Assembly: GCF_011386835.1 (NCBI RefSeq)
Contig: NC_088799.1
Coordinates: forward strand, 24,180,001 to 24,244,000
Direction of reading: 5' to 3'
DNA length: 64,000 nt
Source of the DNA: Chrysemys picta bellii
Lineage: Eukaryota
How positions within the stretch are numbered: the stretch's first letter is position 1; each line of letters starts with the position of its first letter. The notes beneath the pieces are model-generated. The model was not told the DNA's origin. It saw only the letters and a program-made list of their open reading frames with translations, and did no database searches. This document shows, piece after piece, positions 50,647-63,357 of the stretch. The position numbers and the translations under genes were made by a program.

Positions 50647-52504
50647 GACTGCTGTTCTGTGCCAGCTATAGTGGCTCTCAATGCTCAATTGAAGGGGACA
50701 AATAAGCAGGCTGGTAGCAGGGCCTGAGTGAGGGAAGAGATCAGCATCTTAAGGGCCTAACTGGCTCCTACTACTTCAGTTGGCTGCCTGTTCTCCTCAA
50801 GTGAGTTCAAGGAAGCAGCAGGAAATAGGAAGCTCCCTGAGAAGCTGGTGTTAATCAGTCCAGGCTCCTGGGGGTGCTAGAGAGGTACATAAGAGGCTCT
50901 TCCTCCTCTCTCTCCCTGCAGCTCCTGCTGCTTTCTGTTATTCTCTCACCTTTTCTCCTGCCCGCCTGTTATGTCTCTTGTGCCCTCCTTCCTCCAGCAC
51001 AGCACTCCACCATCTCTGTGCATCTAGAGCAGAGAGAATACATATGCACCAGCAGCAGCCACAATTTTCTACACTCTGGGTCCTAGTGGTGCCCCCTCAC
51101 AGTTTGGCACCCGAGGCAGCCGCCTCAGTTCGCCTCATGGTAAGGCCAGCCCTGCTGCCAGTGACAATGTCATTAAAAGAGAAAAATGTCAGGTTGTTTT
51201 TTCAAGAAACATATATTGTTCCATTGCCTGCAGAAAGACTCGAAGCCCATTCACCTCTAATTTAAATTCCTTTTTACAGTGTTTGTTTGTTTAACTTTAT
51301 CAAATAAATCTTAGCAGTGTGTCTTCCAGAAAGAAAGATGTGCATGAAAGCTACTGAAATAATGTCACCTGGATTTTCAATTAAAAAAGTATCCTGTGGT
51401 ACTTACAGGATTTATATTAAAAATACTAATAGTTCTAGGCAGAAAATTTAAACCAAAATTGGGCCTGAAATGCTTTCAAACATCTTAGAATAATTCAAGG
51501 TTCTTTTTTTTTTTTTTTCCCAATTGGAAGGCCCTTCTCATTCCTACTTCCCTTTCCTATCATGTGTTTTCTTCTCACCATCCCATAGCACAGTGACAGT
51601 CCCTGCGCTGGATGTCACTTCCTTCGGAGTCTGAGCAGAATGACTGGAAAGTAACTGAGACACTGAAAAGCAACCCTGGCTGGCCTGGGCTGGATCCTGC
51701 ATTCCGTGTACATCCAAAGCTCCCTGTGATGTCAATGCAGGACTGAGCCTCTTGGGAGCTCAGGATTCAAACTCAGACCCTCCCATGTGCTGTAACAGTG
51801 CCAGAAATCCATCAGCGCAGCCACTGCACATAGTTTTGAATTCAAAACAACACAGCATTACGACTGGATTGGTATTCTAACCCTATTTCTAGAGACTATG
51901 TGCCTAATCCGAAACCCACTGAAGTTAACAGAAAGCCTCCCACTGACGTCGATAGAATTTGGCTCAGGCCTACAGTACGAGCTCAAGCAGATATGGAATA
52001 AACACCCCTCTGACACACACTGTTCTGACAGCAAAATATTAACTATTTAGCTGAACCTGGCAGGGTGGGGCCAAGTCACCAAAGAACTCTTATGTTCTTC
52101 CAAGGTACTCCTAGTTGCAGTTGGTGTTAGGGCTTGTGATTTGTTCATATTCTGTCTAATTAGTATTGAACAAGGCCCTAACACGGCATTAAGGGCACTG
52201 TGCTATTGGAGTTTCCATGATCCAGAAAGGACCAAAATAAAATAGAGGATGCTGATTACTTATGCTCATAGAAATTATTTCACTTTTAGTAAGAGTTGAG
52301 TGTTAGACATGGTGTCTTTGGAAAAATTCCAATCCAGGTAATTAGTTATATCCTGTCTCTCTAAATTCTTCCTGATTGATTCGGAATTCTCCTCTTCCTA
52401 AACTGCTGTGCAGTGTGGCTGTGCATTGTTAAACAGCTACTGTATTCCACTCCAGAGGTGGTTGCATTTCAGTAGTTTGTGATGTCCTCATATAAACGTC
52501 CCTC

Positions 52505-52965
52505 TGTCACAGAGTTTGGGGGAGACAAGGCCCTGCACCCCCGGCTTCCTGCGATTCACCGTTACTCTCAGCCAGACAGTAGAACAGAAGGTTTATTAGA
52601 TGACAGGAACACAGTCTAAACCACAACTTGTAGGCATAAACAGGACCCCTTAGTCAGGTCCTTCTGGGAGGTAGGGAGCTTAGACCCCAACCTTGGGGTT
52701 CCCTCCGATTCTCCAGCCAGCTCAAGACTGAAGAACCCCCTCCAGCAGTCTCACTCCCCCAACCCCTGGCTCCTCCTCCAGCCTTTGTCCAGGGTCCCGG
52801 GCAAAGGTGTCACCTGGCCCAACCCCCCTCCCGGCTCGGGTTACAGGCTCAGGTATCATCCCTTAAGAAAAGTCATCCCCTGCTATCCCATCCCCCATGC
52901 AGAAAGTCCCAGTAAAACTAGACGACATTCCCAGGTCAGTCCACCCCTCTCCCTACTGCATCACA
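52505..52965. mobile_element. Solo LTR
   Basis: TG...CA termini (tgtcacag ... gcatcaca); 5-bp TSD ccctc (52500-52504, 52966-52970). Confidence 0.85.
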
Positions 52966-53638
52966 CCCTCAAAGGAGTATTCTGAGGTTCAATAGTGTAA
53001 CATTAATAAAGCACTTTGAGTTCCTTAGATGGGCGAGGCTACATCAGTCAAAATAGACATTAAATAAAAAGCCCTGATACCATCCAAAGAATTTGAATTT
53101 ATTTCTTTAGATTATTTATATACAGTGGCTTAAATAAAAGTTCTTTTCTCCACTATAGAAATCCTTTGTGACAATGCCCAACATGGATAAAGCATGGTTT
53201 GCTCTTGCATTACAGAAGAGACCAAGCCATATTTTAATCCATTTCCAAATCTAGCTACAGTCTTGAACTTTGCAGGGCTGTGTCACAATTCCGGAGCATG
53301 ATGAAAACATAGTTCTGCCTCATCTACACTGGGATACACAAATGTTTTAATAATACTGGGAAATACCATATTGTGACTAGCTCCCAAACAGGGTGAGATC
53401 CATGGTGGGGTGTACCATGCAGTCCTGAACCATCACATGTTTTGTAAAGGATCTGCTCAGTATAACAAAAAAACCCACATACCCCTCTCTATTTGCAATA
53501 CTGAAGGCTGCGAACCTGCTACTTTATTCAAGTGTATAACAAAAAGAATGGAGAGAAAACTCATGTACAAAATGGGAAGGAAGGGCTGGAGCCTAACTCC
53601 ACCCCATTATACTCTGGGTAACCCAGTTAACCCGTAAC

Positions 53639-54565
53639 TAAGGCTGCAAGTCTGTCACGGAGGTCATGGATTCCGTGACTTTCCATGACCTCCGTGACTT
53701 CTGCAGCGACCAGCAGCAGCAGTTTGGGTATGTGCGAGGGGGCTCAGGGTTAGGAGGTTTGGGGGGTGGGTGCTTACCTTGGGGTGGGGGGCTCCCCGGC
53801 TTCCACTGGCATGGCCCTGCAGCTCCAAGGCAGCGGAGGGGCCAGGGGGCTCAGCGCGCTGCCCACACCCGCAGGCACCACCCCCACAGCTCCCATTGGC
53901 TGCGGTTACCGGTCAATGGAAGCTGCACAGCCAGTGCAGCACGCGGAGCCCTCTGGCCTCTCTGCCACCTAGGAACTGCAGCCAGGATAGGCGAAACTGG
54001 GTAGGGAGCCCCACCCCACCCCCAGCACCAGCGGGGGTCCCAGGCCACCCGCCACTGCCTCCCCACAGCACCAGTGGGGGTCCCAGGCCGCCCGCCGCTG
54101 TCCACCCTGCCCAGCACCAGTGGGGGTCCCGGGCCGCCTGCCACTGCCCGCCCCGCTTAGCACCAGCGAGGGTCCTGGGCCGCCTGCCAGTGCCCGCCCC
54201 GCCTAGCACCAGCAGGGGTCCCAGGCCGCCTGCCGCTACCCCCCTGTCGTCCCAGCACCAGCGGGGGTCCCGGGCCACCCACCACTGCCCATCCTCTCCC
54301 CTCCCAGCAGCACCAGCGGGGGGTTCCAGGCTGCCCGCCGCTGCCCAGTCCCCGCAGCGCCAGTGGGGTCCCAGGCCACCTCCCCCAGCACCCGCGGCGC
54401 TCCTGGACCACCCCCGCCTCCAGAGCATAACCTCCCCCCCCCAAGTTTTAGTTAGGGGTATATAGTAAAAGTCATAGACAGGTCACAGGCCATGAATTTT
54501 TGTTTACTGCCCGTTCCCTGTCCATGATTTTTACTAAAAATACCCATGACTAAAACGTAGCCTTA
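53639..54565. mobile_element. MITE (taaggct...agcctta) with internal GC-rich minisatellite
   Basis: Terminal taaggct / agcctta; ~9 copies of agcaccagYgggggtcccRggcc at 42-50-bp spacing over ~54020-54370; TSD weak (cccgtaac / attataac). Confidence 0.65.
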
Positions 54566-55336
54566 ATTATAACCACTTTACTACAATACGTTTTCTCTCT
54601 CATCCAGCTTTCAACAAATGGCATAAGCCAACAAAGTTATGAAACTATAATAAAGGAAAACTAACTTCCTTACCACATGCTCTAGAAGCCTCTTCAGACT
54701 GGAGACAAAACTCTTTTAGACTTTGCATGTAACTATGTTTCAAAACATATTTAAACATGGTTCAGAGGTGGTTACAACAATCCCTACTTACAATATGGCT
54801 TATTCAGCCAGTTTGGATTTGAAAAGCAAATGGTCTAGTTGACCAGAAGGAAGAAGATAGTGTTCCAAAGTGATGTTCTCCCTCCTGTGTGTACCCAGTC
54901 CTAGGACAGGAACTTGGATTCCTATCCTACATGTTACACTGTTTAAAAAAAAAAAAAATTTACCCACACTACTAAAACAGAGAAATGTGTGTGTACGGAA
55001 AAGCACTGCCAAGGCACTACTATATCAAAACATCCCCACCCTGAAATCTCCCCGCAAGTAAAGCTCTGGTCAATTCTCTGAGTAATAACATGTCTTGGAC
55101 AGAAAGTTCCTTTGACTAGAACATTTGCACACTGCTTAGTCACATAAATAAACAGTATTATTAGTAAATATGTAGTTGTTCTAGTGTTTGTTTTAAGAAG
55201 AACCCATAAGCAAATCTCATTATTCCAGTCTTTCTTACTTGGGTAATGCTTTATATTTAATAGAAATTTTTGAGTGCCATCTAGGGGCAAACAGCATTTG
55301 CCAAAGGACTTTTGAGGACTGTTATACAGTATAAAG

Positions 55337-58272
55337 CAGAGGTGGGCAAACTACATCCCGTGGGACCGTCCTGTCTGGCCCTTGAGCCCCCAGCCAGGGA
55401 GGCTAGCTCCCAGCCCCTCCCCCACAGCCTCAGCTCACCGTGCCGCCAGCGCTCTGGGCAGCGGGGCTGTGAGCTCCTGCCCAGCAGTGTGGCTGCAAGA
55501 GCCGCCAGGTGTCGTGTATTAAATTGCTCCTTGTAGGAATGTGCTACTTAGGGAGCACCAGGACTGGCAGCCGTACGTAGTACACTATAAGTAGCACATT
55601 CCTACAGGGAGCAATTTAATACACTACACCCAGGTAGGGAAGGCTGTGCCTCCCCAAATCGCCTGGCCCCCACCCCCTATCTGCCCCCTCCCACTTCCCG
55701 CCCCCTGACTGCCCCCTCCGAACCCCCCGACCCATCCAACCCCCCTGCTCCTTGTCCCCTGACTGCCCCCTCCTGGGACCCCCCGCCCCAACCGCCCCCT
55801 GGGATCCCACCCCATATCCAACACCCCCTGTTCCTTGTCCCCTGGGACCCCTGCCCCTTATCCAACTCCCCCGCTCCCCACCCCCTTACCATGCCGCTCA
55901 GAGCACCAGGACTGGCATCTGAAAGTAGTACATCGTAAGTAGCACATTCCTACAGGGAGCAATTTACTACACTACAGGTTTAATACATTATGATTAGTGA
56001 ATGACTGTTACCAGAGGTGAAAGTAAGCCGGTACGGAGGACCAGGACCGGTAAGAAAAGGTGCAGTCTGACTCCTCCTCCAGCCAGGCTGACAACGCTAG
56101 GCTCCGTGCTTTCCCCCTGCCTGGCACTCAGCAGCGGGTGCAAGGGCTCCCCTCTAGCTTGCAGCAGGGAGACTGGCTGAGAGGGAGAAGCAAGCCACTG
56201 TTCAACCCCCAGGGTTAGGAGCCGTTTCTGGCATCCTTGTTAATTTCACTCACAGTTGCTGGGGGGAGGGGGCCGGGGAATGGTGTGTTTGACTATGGCA
56301 GGGGCAGTTCTTTTCTGCCCCCGGGATGAGGGCACAACAAATACAAGCATTTGGCTGCATAGCTTAAATCCTCCCCACCCCCAACTCAGCAGGGGCTCTC
56401 CCCTCTAGCTGCCTGCATAAGAACATAGGGTGCAATCTCAGATCTCTTTTTGTTTTGTCCTGCCTGCAGAGTGCAGTGGCTGAAATTGACAAAACTTTCT
56501 CTAAGTATTTTGTATATTTCATGCAGGCTATTCCAGTTGTCCTTCATTCACCCCTGCCCTGCCTTCCCCTACTACTAGCCACGCACTGGTGTGCCCCCTG
56601 CACTCTTTTATGTGCCTGGAAGGGAGATTAAAAAATCCTTGATATCTGACTTGCTAGGAAATAGGGAGGATCTAGGGAAAGCAGGGCACTGGTGGGCATG
56701 GTGCAACGTAGTCCCTTGCCCTCCCTGGCTCCCACCATGTGGGGGTATGGCACTCAAAAGCTAACTTTGGAACATCCGTATGAATGTCTTCCTGGGAAAA
56801 CAAAATCTTATTGTCTTGCTTCACAGATCTAAATCTACTCTGATCCAGGTATGTTCTAAATGTATAGGTACAGTATGGATGGATCTCTCAAAAAAGATAG
56901 CTCTTCAGTGTAGGAGTTGGACCAACAGTCCCCTGGGGAAGGACTGATTCCATTAAGCAGCACACATTAAGCAGAAGTTCCTGAGGTGTTAGCCCAGAAA
57001 CATTGTCTCCCCCACACACCCCTTAAAAGGGCACTGGCACCTCCCCCACCCCCGTCCCGATTTTTCACATTTGCTGTGTGGTCACCCTACCCAGGGTTCC
57101 CAGCCACCTCTGCAGCTGGTAGCTCTGGGGGTGATTTAAAGGACCCGGGGCGCCTAGCTTCAGCTGGATCCCCAAGCCCTTTTAAATCCTGATTTAAAAA
57201 TCCTGGGATTTAAAGGCCCCACCTCTTCCAGTAGAGGCTACGCCTCTTCCGGCTGAGGCCCTGCCCCCTCCGCAGGACTCTGGAGTACTGGTAAGTCCTT
57301 TAAGTTACTTTCACCCGATTGTTACTTATATGTGAGACAGTAACTCACCTACTCAGGTTAGTTCTTAAAATTCTTGGAAGTGTTTCTAAGTTAGTGTTAT
57401 TTGACATAAATTAAAGTGAACTATAAAACCAAGAATGTTCCAACTCAGTTTAGTTTAAATAGGCACCAGCCTACATGAAAGGAAACATGGGGCTGCCATC
57501 CACACAACCATTTTTACCATGTGATAGGACCCTTCTATTAGAAAGAGGTCACATGTAGCATAGAATTAGCCCTTGTCTAAACACAAAAGTTGTGCAGATT
57601 TAACTAAATCGGTTTGTGTGCCCTATATTGGTTTAGTTTACGAATACAGCTAAATGGATATAAGGCATTCTTAAACCCATTTGACAGTGTCCACTCAAAG
57701 GGATTGCACTGATTTAGTGAAATGGGTGTAATCCCCTTGTGTGGACACTCTTAAATTGGTTTAGAGAGTGCCCACCCAATTTCTAAACTGATGTAGATAA
57801 ATTAGTGCAATTTTTGTGTGTAGTAAAGTCCTTATAAATTCTCTTTTGGTGAGTAGACATGAATTTTATTTAAAGGTCCCCCTCATATTGATGAAATACC
57901 ATGTTGTTAGACTATATTACAATACATGGTTGAGATGATTGAGTTTTGCACTGTACTGGGGTGGGCAAACTTTTTGGCTCAAGGGCCACATCTGGGTGGG
58001 GAAATTGCATGTAGGGCCATGAATGTAGGGCTGGGGCAGAGGGTTGGGGTGCGGGAGGGAGTGCGGTGTGCAAGAAGGGGCTCAGGGCAGGGGATTGGGG
58101 TGCAGGGAGGCGTGCAGTATGTGGGAGGGGGCTATGGGCAGGGGGTTGGGGTGCAGGAGGGGCGTGGGATGCAGCAGAGGGTTGAGGTGCAGGAGGGGTG
58201 CAGCAGGGGGGATCAGAGCAGGGTGTTGGGGTGCAGGAGGGGTGCGGGGTGCGGCAGGGGGTTGGGGTGCAG
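55337..58272. mobile_element. Composite, rearranged hAT-MITE locus with captured DNA
   Basis: Left TIR cagaggtgggcaaac at 55337 preceded by gtataaag (55329-55336); the same 8-mer recurs at 58273-58280, exactly where the GC-rich MITE-like sequence stops. Confidence 0.6.
56012..57317. mobile_element. Non-autonomous hAT element nested in the duplicated segment
   Basis: TIRs cagaggtgaaagtaa / ttactttcacccg; TSD actgttac / attgttac; the empty site is visible in the paralogous copy near 36664-36671. Confidence 0.9.
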
Positions 58273-60820
58273 GTATAAAGCATTTCCAGGACACATTTAG
58301 TGTAACCTAAAGATGCAGCGATGAACTGGGACACTATGGGCCATATTTTTAAAGGTATTTAGGTGCCTTAAGATAGGCAACTAATGGGATTTTCAAAAAT
58401 GTCTAGGTGCCATGGCAGTTAGGCACCTAGGTGTTTTTGAAAATCCCAGTAAGGTGCTGCTGTGCATCCTTAGGTGCCTAAATACCTTAAAAAACTTGGA
58501 GCTATGGAACTTCTTTTTTGAAGAATTTATGCTTTTTGTTATTTAATTAATATTTTAACCCTTTTGGGGTGTGAAGAAATCCTTCCAACTACAAGCTAGT
58601 GTAGTTGTATTGTCTGGAGATAGGCAAAAAATGGCTTTAAGACAGGGGTGAATGGACTATATGGGGAATCCCATTACTAATTACTAGATTTTACAATTTA
58701 GTGAAAATGCAAAACAGCGCTAAAAACCTCACCAATGGTGCTTAAAATAAAAACCTCACCAGTAGTGCTTAAAATAAAATAGTGTTGTAATAGGAGGGAG
58801 GTACAGCATGAACCAATTTTTGCAGACTAAGGGTACTAGGTGTGAGAAGAAGTAACAGCACCACCCAAAGGTTATAAATGCCTTAGTTCTATTTCAAGCC
58901 ATGACTGAGAACTGGGGGAAGAACTCATTTGCCGATGTGTTGTTTCCCCATTGGCCCATAGGTAGCATGACATCACTGACATTAGCCCTGCTATCACAAT
59001 AGCAGTCTTGTTGGTCTACATTTTGGTAAATTTCAAATAATTAAATCAACTTTCAGTATGAGTTTGCAGTTTAACAAAAGGAGGTCCAGAAAGAGTCAAC
59101 CATGCTTAGATTTTTTCATGGATGTCTCTCTCAAATTAATTTTGAAACTTTCAGGTACCACTTCCCTACAGCACCTATTTTTTCTCACATCAAAGATACC
59201 GACAAATTGGAAAATTAAGCAGAGAACTGCAAGAGGGATTGATTTATGAGAAAAGATTAAAAACTAACAATTTCTATTTTGGCTAAACAATAATAAAGAA
59301 ATTGTAAATTATCCTCATGTATGTGTAAATGTATAGGTAAATACTAAGGAGGGAGAAAACTGCTTTGTCCTAGAGGACATGGAGTAATGGAACAAAATTA
59401 CACCAAAGAAAATATCCTAATAGCAAGAGCCATTAGATTATGGAATATTCTCCCAAGACTACTGGTGAAAATTCCAAAAGTTGAAAGAAGCGTGAGAGAA
59501 ATGGCTGCAAAGGAGCTATGCCAACTACATTTTAAAAGGGTGGTTAGGAGTTAGGACAAACAGTAAATGTTGTTTACTAGTGCTCTCTTTTCTCTCTTTT
59601 CTCTAGTTTCTCACACACAAGCTTTGTTCCTGGTTTCTTAGTTTTTCAATGTACTTAGCCTAATTTAGAATTCATAATTCAAAATGTCCTAGTGGGGCAT
59701 GTCCTTTGACATTATCACAGAAGGCGATTACACACATTACCTTAAACAAAAAACTTGGTCCCCAATCCTGCAAGCTGACAGATCTCTGTGCTCTCAGTTA
59801 CAGTAATCAGAGCAGGTGGCAACAGCAGTGTTGGAAGGTGATGAGATCTTGAGGAAACAGTATCATAAGGTGTAATACAGTCCGTACGTTCTTATGTGAC
59901 TTTACCATGTTGTGCGTAGAGTGGCGACCTCTTGATATTGCATGCTCATGTTGGTGCAGGCGCAGCCCTTTCAGTGCGAGGTCAGTGTGCTGTGGTGCAG
60001 GGCTGACACGTAGGTGTGAAACCACTACAAGGCCAGCAATGACCCAGCAGGGTGAGGTCACCGTGGGCCGTTGCTGTGGCACTTCAGAGCACGACCAGCG
60101 GGAGGCGCCACTGACTGCACTGGTACCGTGGGACAGACTGACTGCGGCAGCTCCACTTGGCCAAACCCAGCTGCCATCTCTTGCGCAGGGGCACCTGTGA
60201 CACTTTATGCAAAGGGCTGCAGGAGCGAATTCACTAGCTACAGGGAATTGCCGGTGGTGACAGAGACCGGCCGTGGCGGAGCTGAGCACTGACCCCGGCA
60301 CATCCGAGACCTGCCTCGCGCCACCGCTTAGCTGCCCGTGAAAGGAGCGAACCATAACGGCTTCCCCTGACTGGGTGGCCCGGGGCTATGGCGGGCTCGG
60401 CGGGGGGAGGGCTGGCCATGACCACGGGGCTCCCTCCCAGCTGCGACCCAGGGCACTTTCCCCCGGGCCGGATACCGGCGGAGGATGCTCCGCCCTCCGA
60501 CCGGCTTGTTCAGCATCTCGGCGCGCTTACGCCGCTCCACCTCTCTGGAGGCAGGTGGAAAGTGACCCCTCCCCCGCACCCATCGCCTTCCACGTCGGCC
60601 GGGCCTGGTGACCCGGAAGTGATCCCCGCTCTGTTGCGAGTCCGAAATATTTTCTCCGGCGTTTCTTTAATACGACGCTTCTCGGCGGGATCCGCTCGTT
60701 TAAACAGCGGAAACTAGCCGCTTTCCGGGGCGTTTCGCGGCCGCGAGGAGCGGAGGGGCTGCAAATTGACCCCGGAAGGACTCGGGGCAGAGGCGCCCCC
60801 GCCCTTCGGCTGTGTGCTGA

Positions 60821-61225
<405 letters not shown>

Positions 61226-61927
61226 CTCGGCTCCCGCCGCTTCCTTTCCGGCCTGGCTGTCCCGGGTGAGGGGTCGCGGCTCGAGGCAGCCTCCGTGGTG
61301 GCGACGTGGCACGTTGGGGGGGGGGGGGTCTGAGCCGTGAGCGTATCGCGGCTACGTCCTGAGCCGGGGCCCTCAGGCAGCGCTGACTCCCTGAGCCCAT
61401 CTTCCGTTGCTGGCAGCCGGCTGCCCTGGAGAAGGGAGACGTGGGGCCGTTAGTAGCCATGCGAAGCAGGGGGGTCTCGATTCACACCGCCCGCTCTGAA
61501 ATTGCAGCGCCCTCGGAAGCATTTGCTCCAGCAAGCTGAAGGGAAGCATCGCCTCCAAATCCTGCCGCGATTACTTTGGCCTTCAGCTTCCCCGCGCCTA
61601 ACTCCGTGGCAGTGGGGTTGGAACAGTTTATGTAGTGGGGGTGCTGAAAGCCATTGAACAAAACTGTAAATCTGTATATGATGGAAACCGCTCCAAGCCA
61701 GGGGGTGCTTCTGCACCCCTAGTTCTAGCACCCTTGCTGTGAGAGTGTCACAGATGAGCCCCATAAAACATAGATCTTCTCTGCCTCAGCGAAGTGACTT
61801 TTTAAAAAATGGACAGCCCTGTCCTCTTAGCTCTGTCCTGTTTCTATCCAACACATCTGACTAATTCTAGATCAAGTGTAGTGAAGACAAAAATGTTAGT
61901 AACCTGTCTCACTTAATGGGGGACTGA

Positions 61928-62086
<159 letters not shown>

Positions 62087-62988
62087 TAAGCTTGCTAACA
62101 ATTTGAATGCATCTTTTCATAACAGAGATAGTGAAATTAACATTTACAGTGGGTTGTTTATTCAATTTTTTACCCAATTCTGGCATGTTGAATAAGGCTC
62201 AACTCACTGAGGCATCATTTGCCACTAGGAGGAGTATCTTAAAGGACCCATGGGGTGTCCTTAGAGAATCTCCTTCATGCAGTGAACGCATCTCCTCTTC
62301 TGCTCCAAAATGTAATTCTAGTTAAAAAAAATTTCTTTGTTTTACATAAGGATTGGAGTAGCTTTGGAAGTTCTGATCTGCTTTTCCATGACTTCTGATA
62401 TTGCTTTGGTCAGTGAATTGTCCTAAATCTTGATTGAATAGAGTTTTTAAGCATCAAGCTCAGATTTTGCATGGTAAATTTCTGCTGAAAATCCTAAACC
62501 AACAGAAGAAAAATTAAAATGTCATTGGTTTCACTGTGGAGATGAGCATCCTCAGCCAAGTGAATGCTGTCTCAAAACGTCAGTGTGCTGAGGGTTTATG
62601 AGTCTATTACTTGAAAATCATGCTTAAGTCTGTTTTTACAATTGTTGCATGTAACTCCTGAGATCACTGTAGCTGAAAGATCAGAGGGAAACTTTTTTTT
62701 TTTTAGTTGTCTGTGATTTGATGGCCTTAACACCAAACATACAAGAAAGGTCGTACTATTTCCCTTACATTGGCAATAGATTTCTACTGTTTGTGTAGGT
62801 CTATCCCATTTGTGTGTGGAAAGACAATAACTAAAAGGGAAGAAAAAAAAAAATTTTTTTCTCATGGGCAGCTATAGTACCAGAAACTACATTTGACTAA
62901 TTCTTTAAAAATCAACTAGCTTTCAGTTGGTGTCTGTTTAACGTGATACAAAGTTGCTAAATGTTTTGGTTTGTTTTTGACTCCATAA

Positions 62989-63159
<171 letters not shown>

Positions 63160-63357
63160 TAATCTCCTTTGATTCACATTGTAAAAATGAATAGGATCCT
63201 AATTTTAAAGGCCCATGATAGGATATTAGGCACTGTCTCTTGCTTTATGACTTGAGAAGACATCTACAGTCAGTGGGAACTCTGCAGCTGATGGCGCCCA
63301 TGGTGAAGCACTTTTGAGCTGAGGCAGGGTTGTTAACAGAAAGTCTGTCTTTGAAAC

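Larger units (their letters stand above)
47200..51154 (-). mobile_element. hAT DNA transposon containing the transposase pseudogene (left end unresolved)
   Basis: Right terminus reads cagggctggcctta on the minus strand from 51154, similar to the cagggccgg TIR of the 26688 MITE; no matching left TIR or TSD found. Confidence 0.65.

Noticed and set aside
54020-54370. Conserved ~25-bp repeats separated by variable linkers, superficially CRISPR-like
   Set aside because: Linkers are short, C-rich and related to each other; the array lies inside a MITE in a vertebrate genome with no cas genes. It is a minisatellite.
53666-54465. Overlapping 95-231-aa ORFs on both strands
   Set aside because: Stop-poor GC-rich repeat sequence; the same applies to ORFs at 26.7-27.1, 30.3-31.0, 36.8-37.4, 44.8-45.5 and 57.9-58.3 kb.
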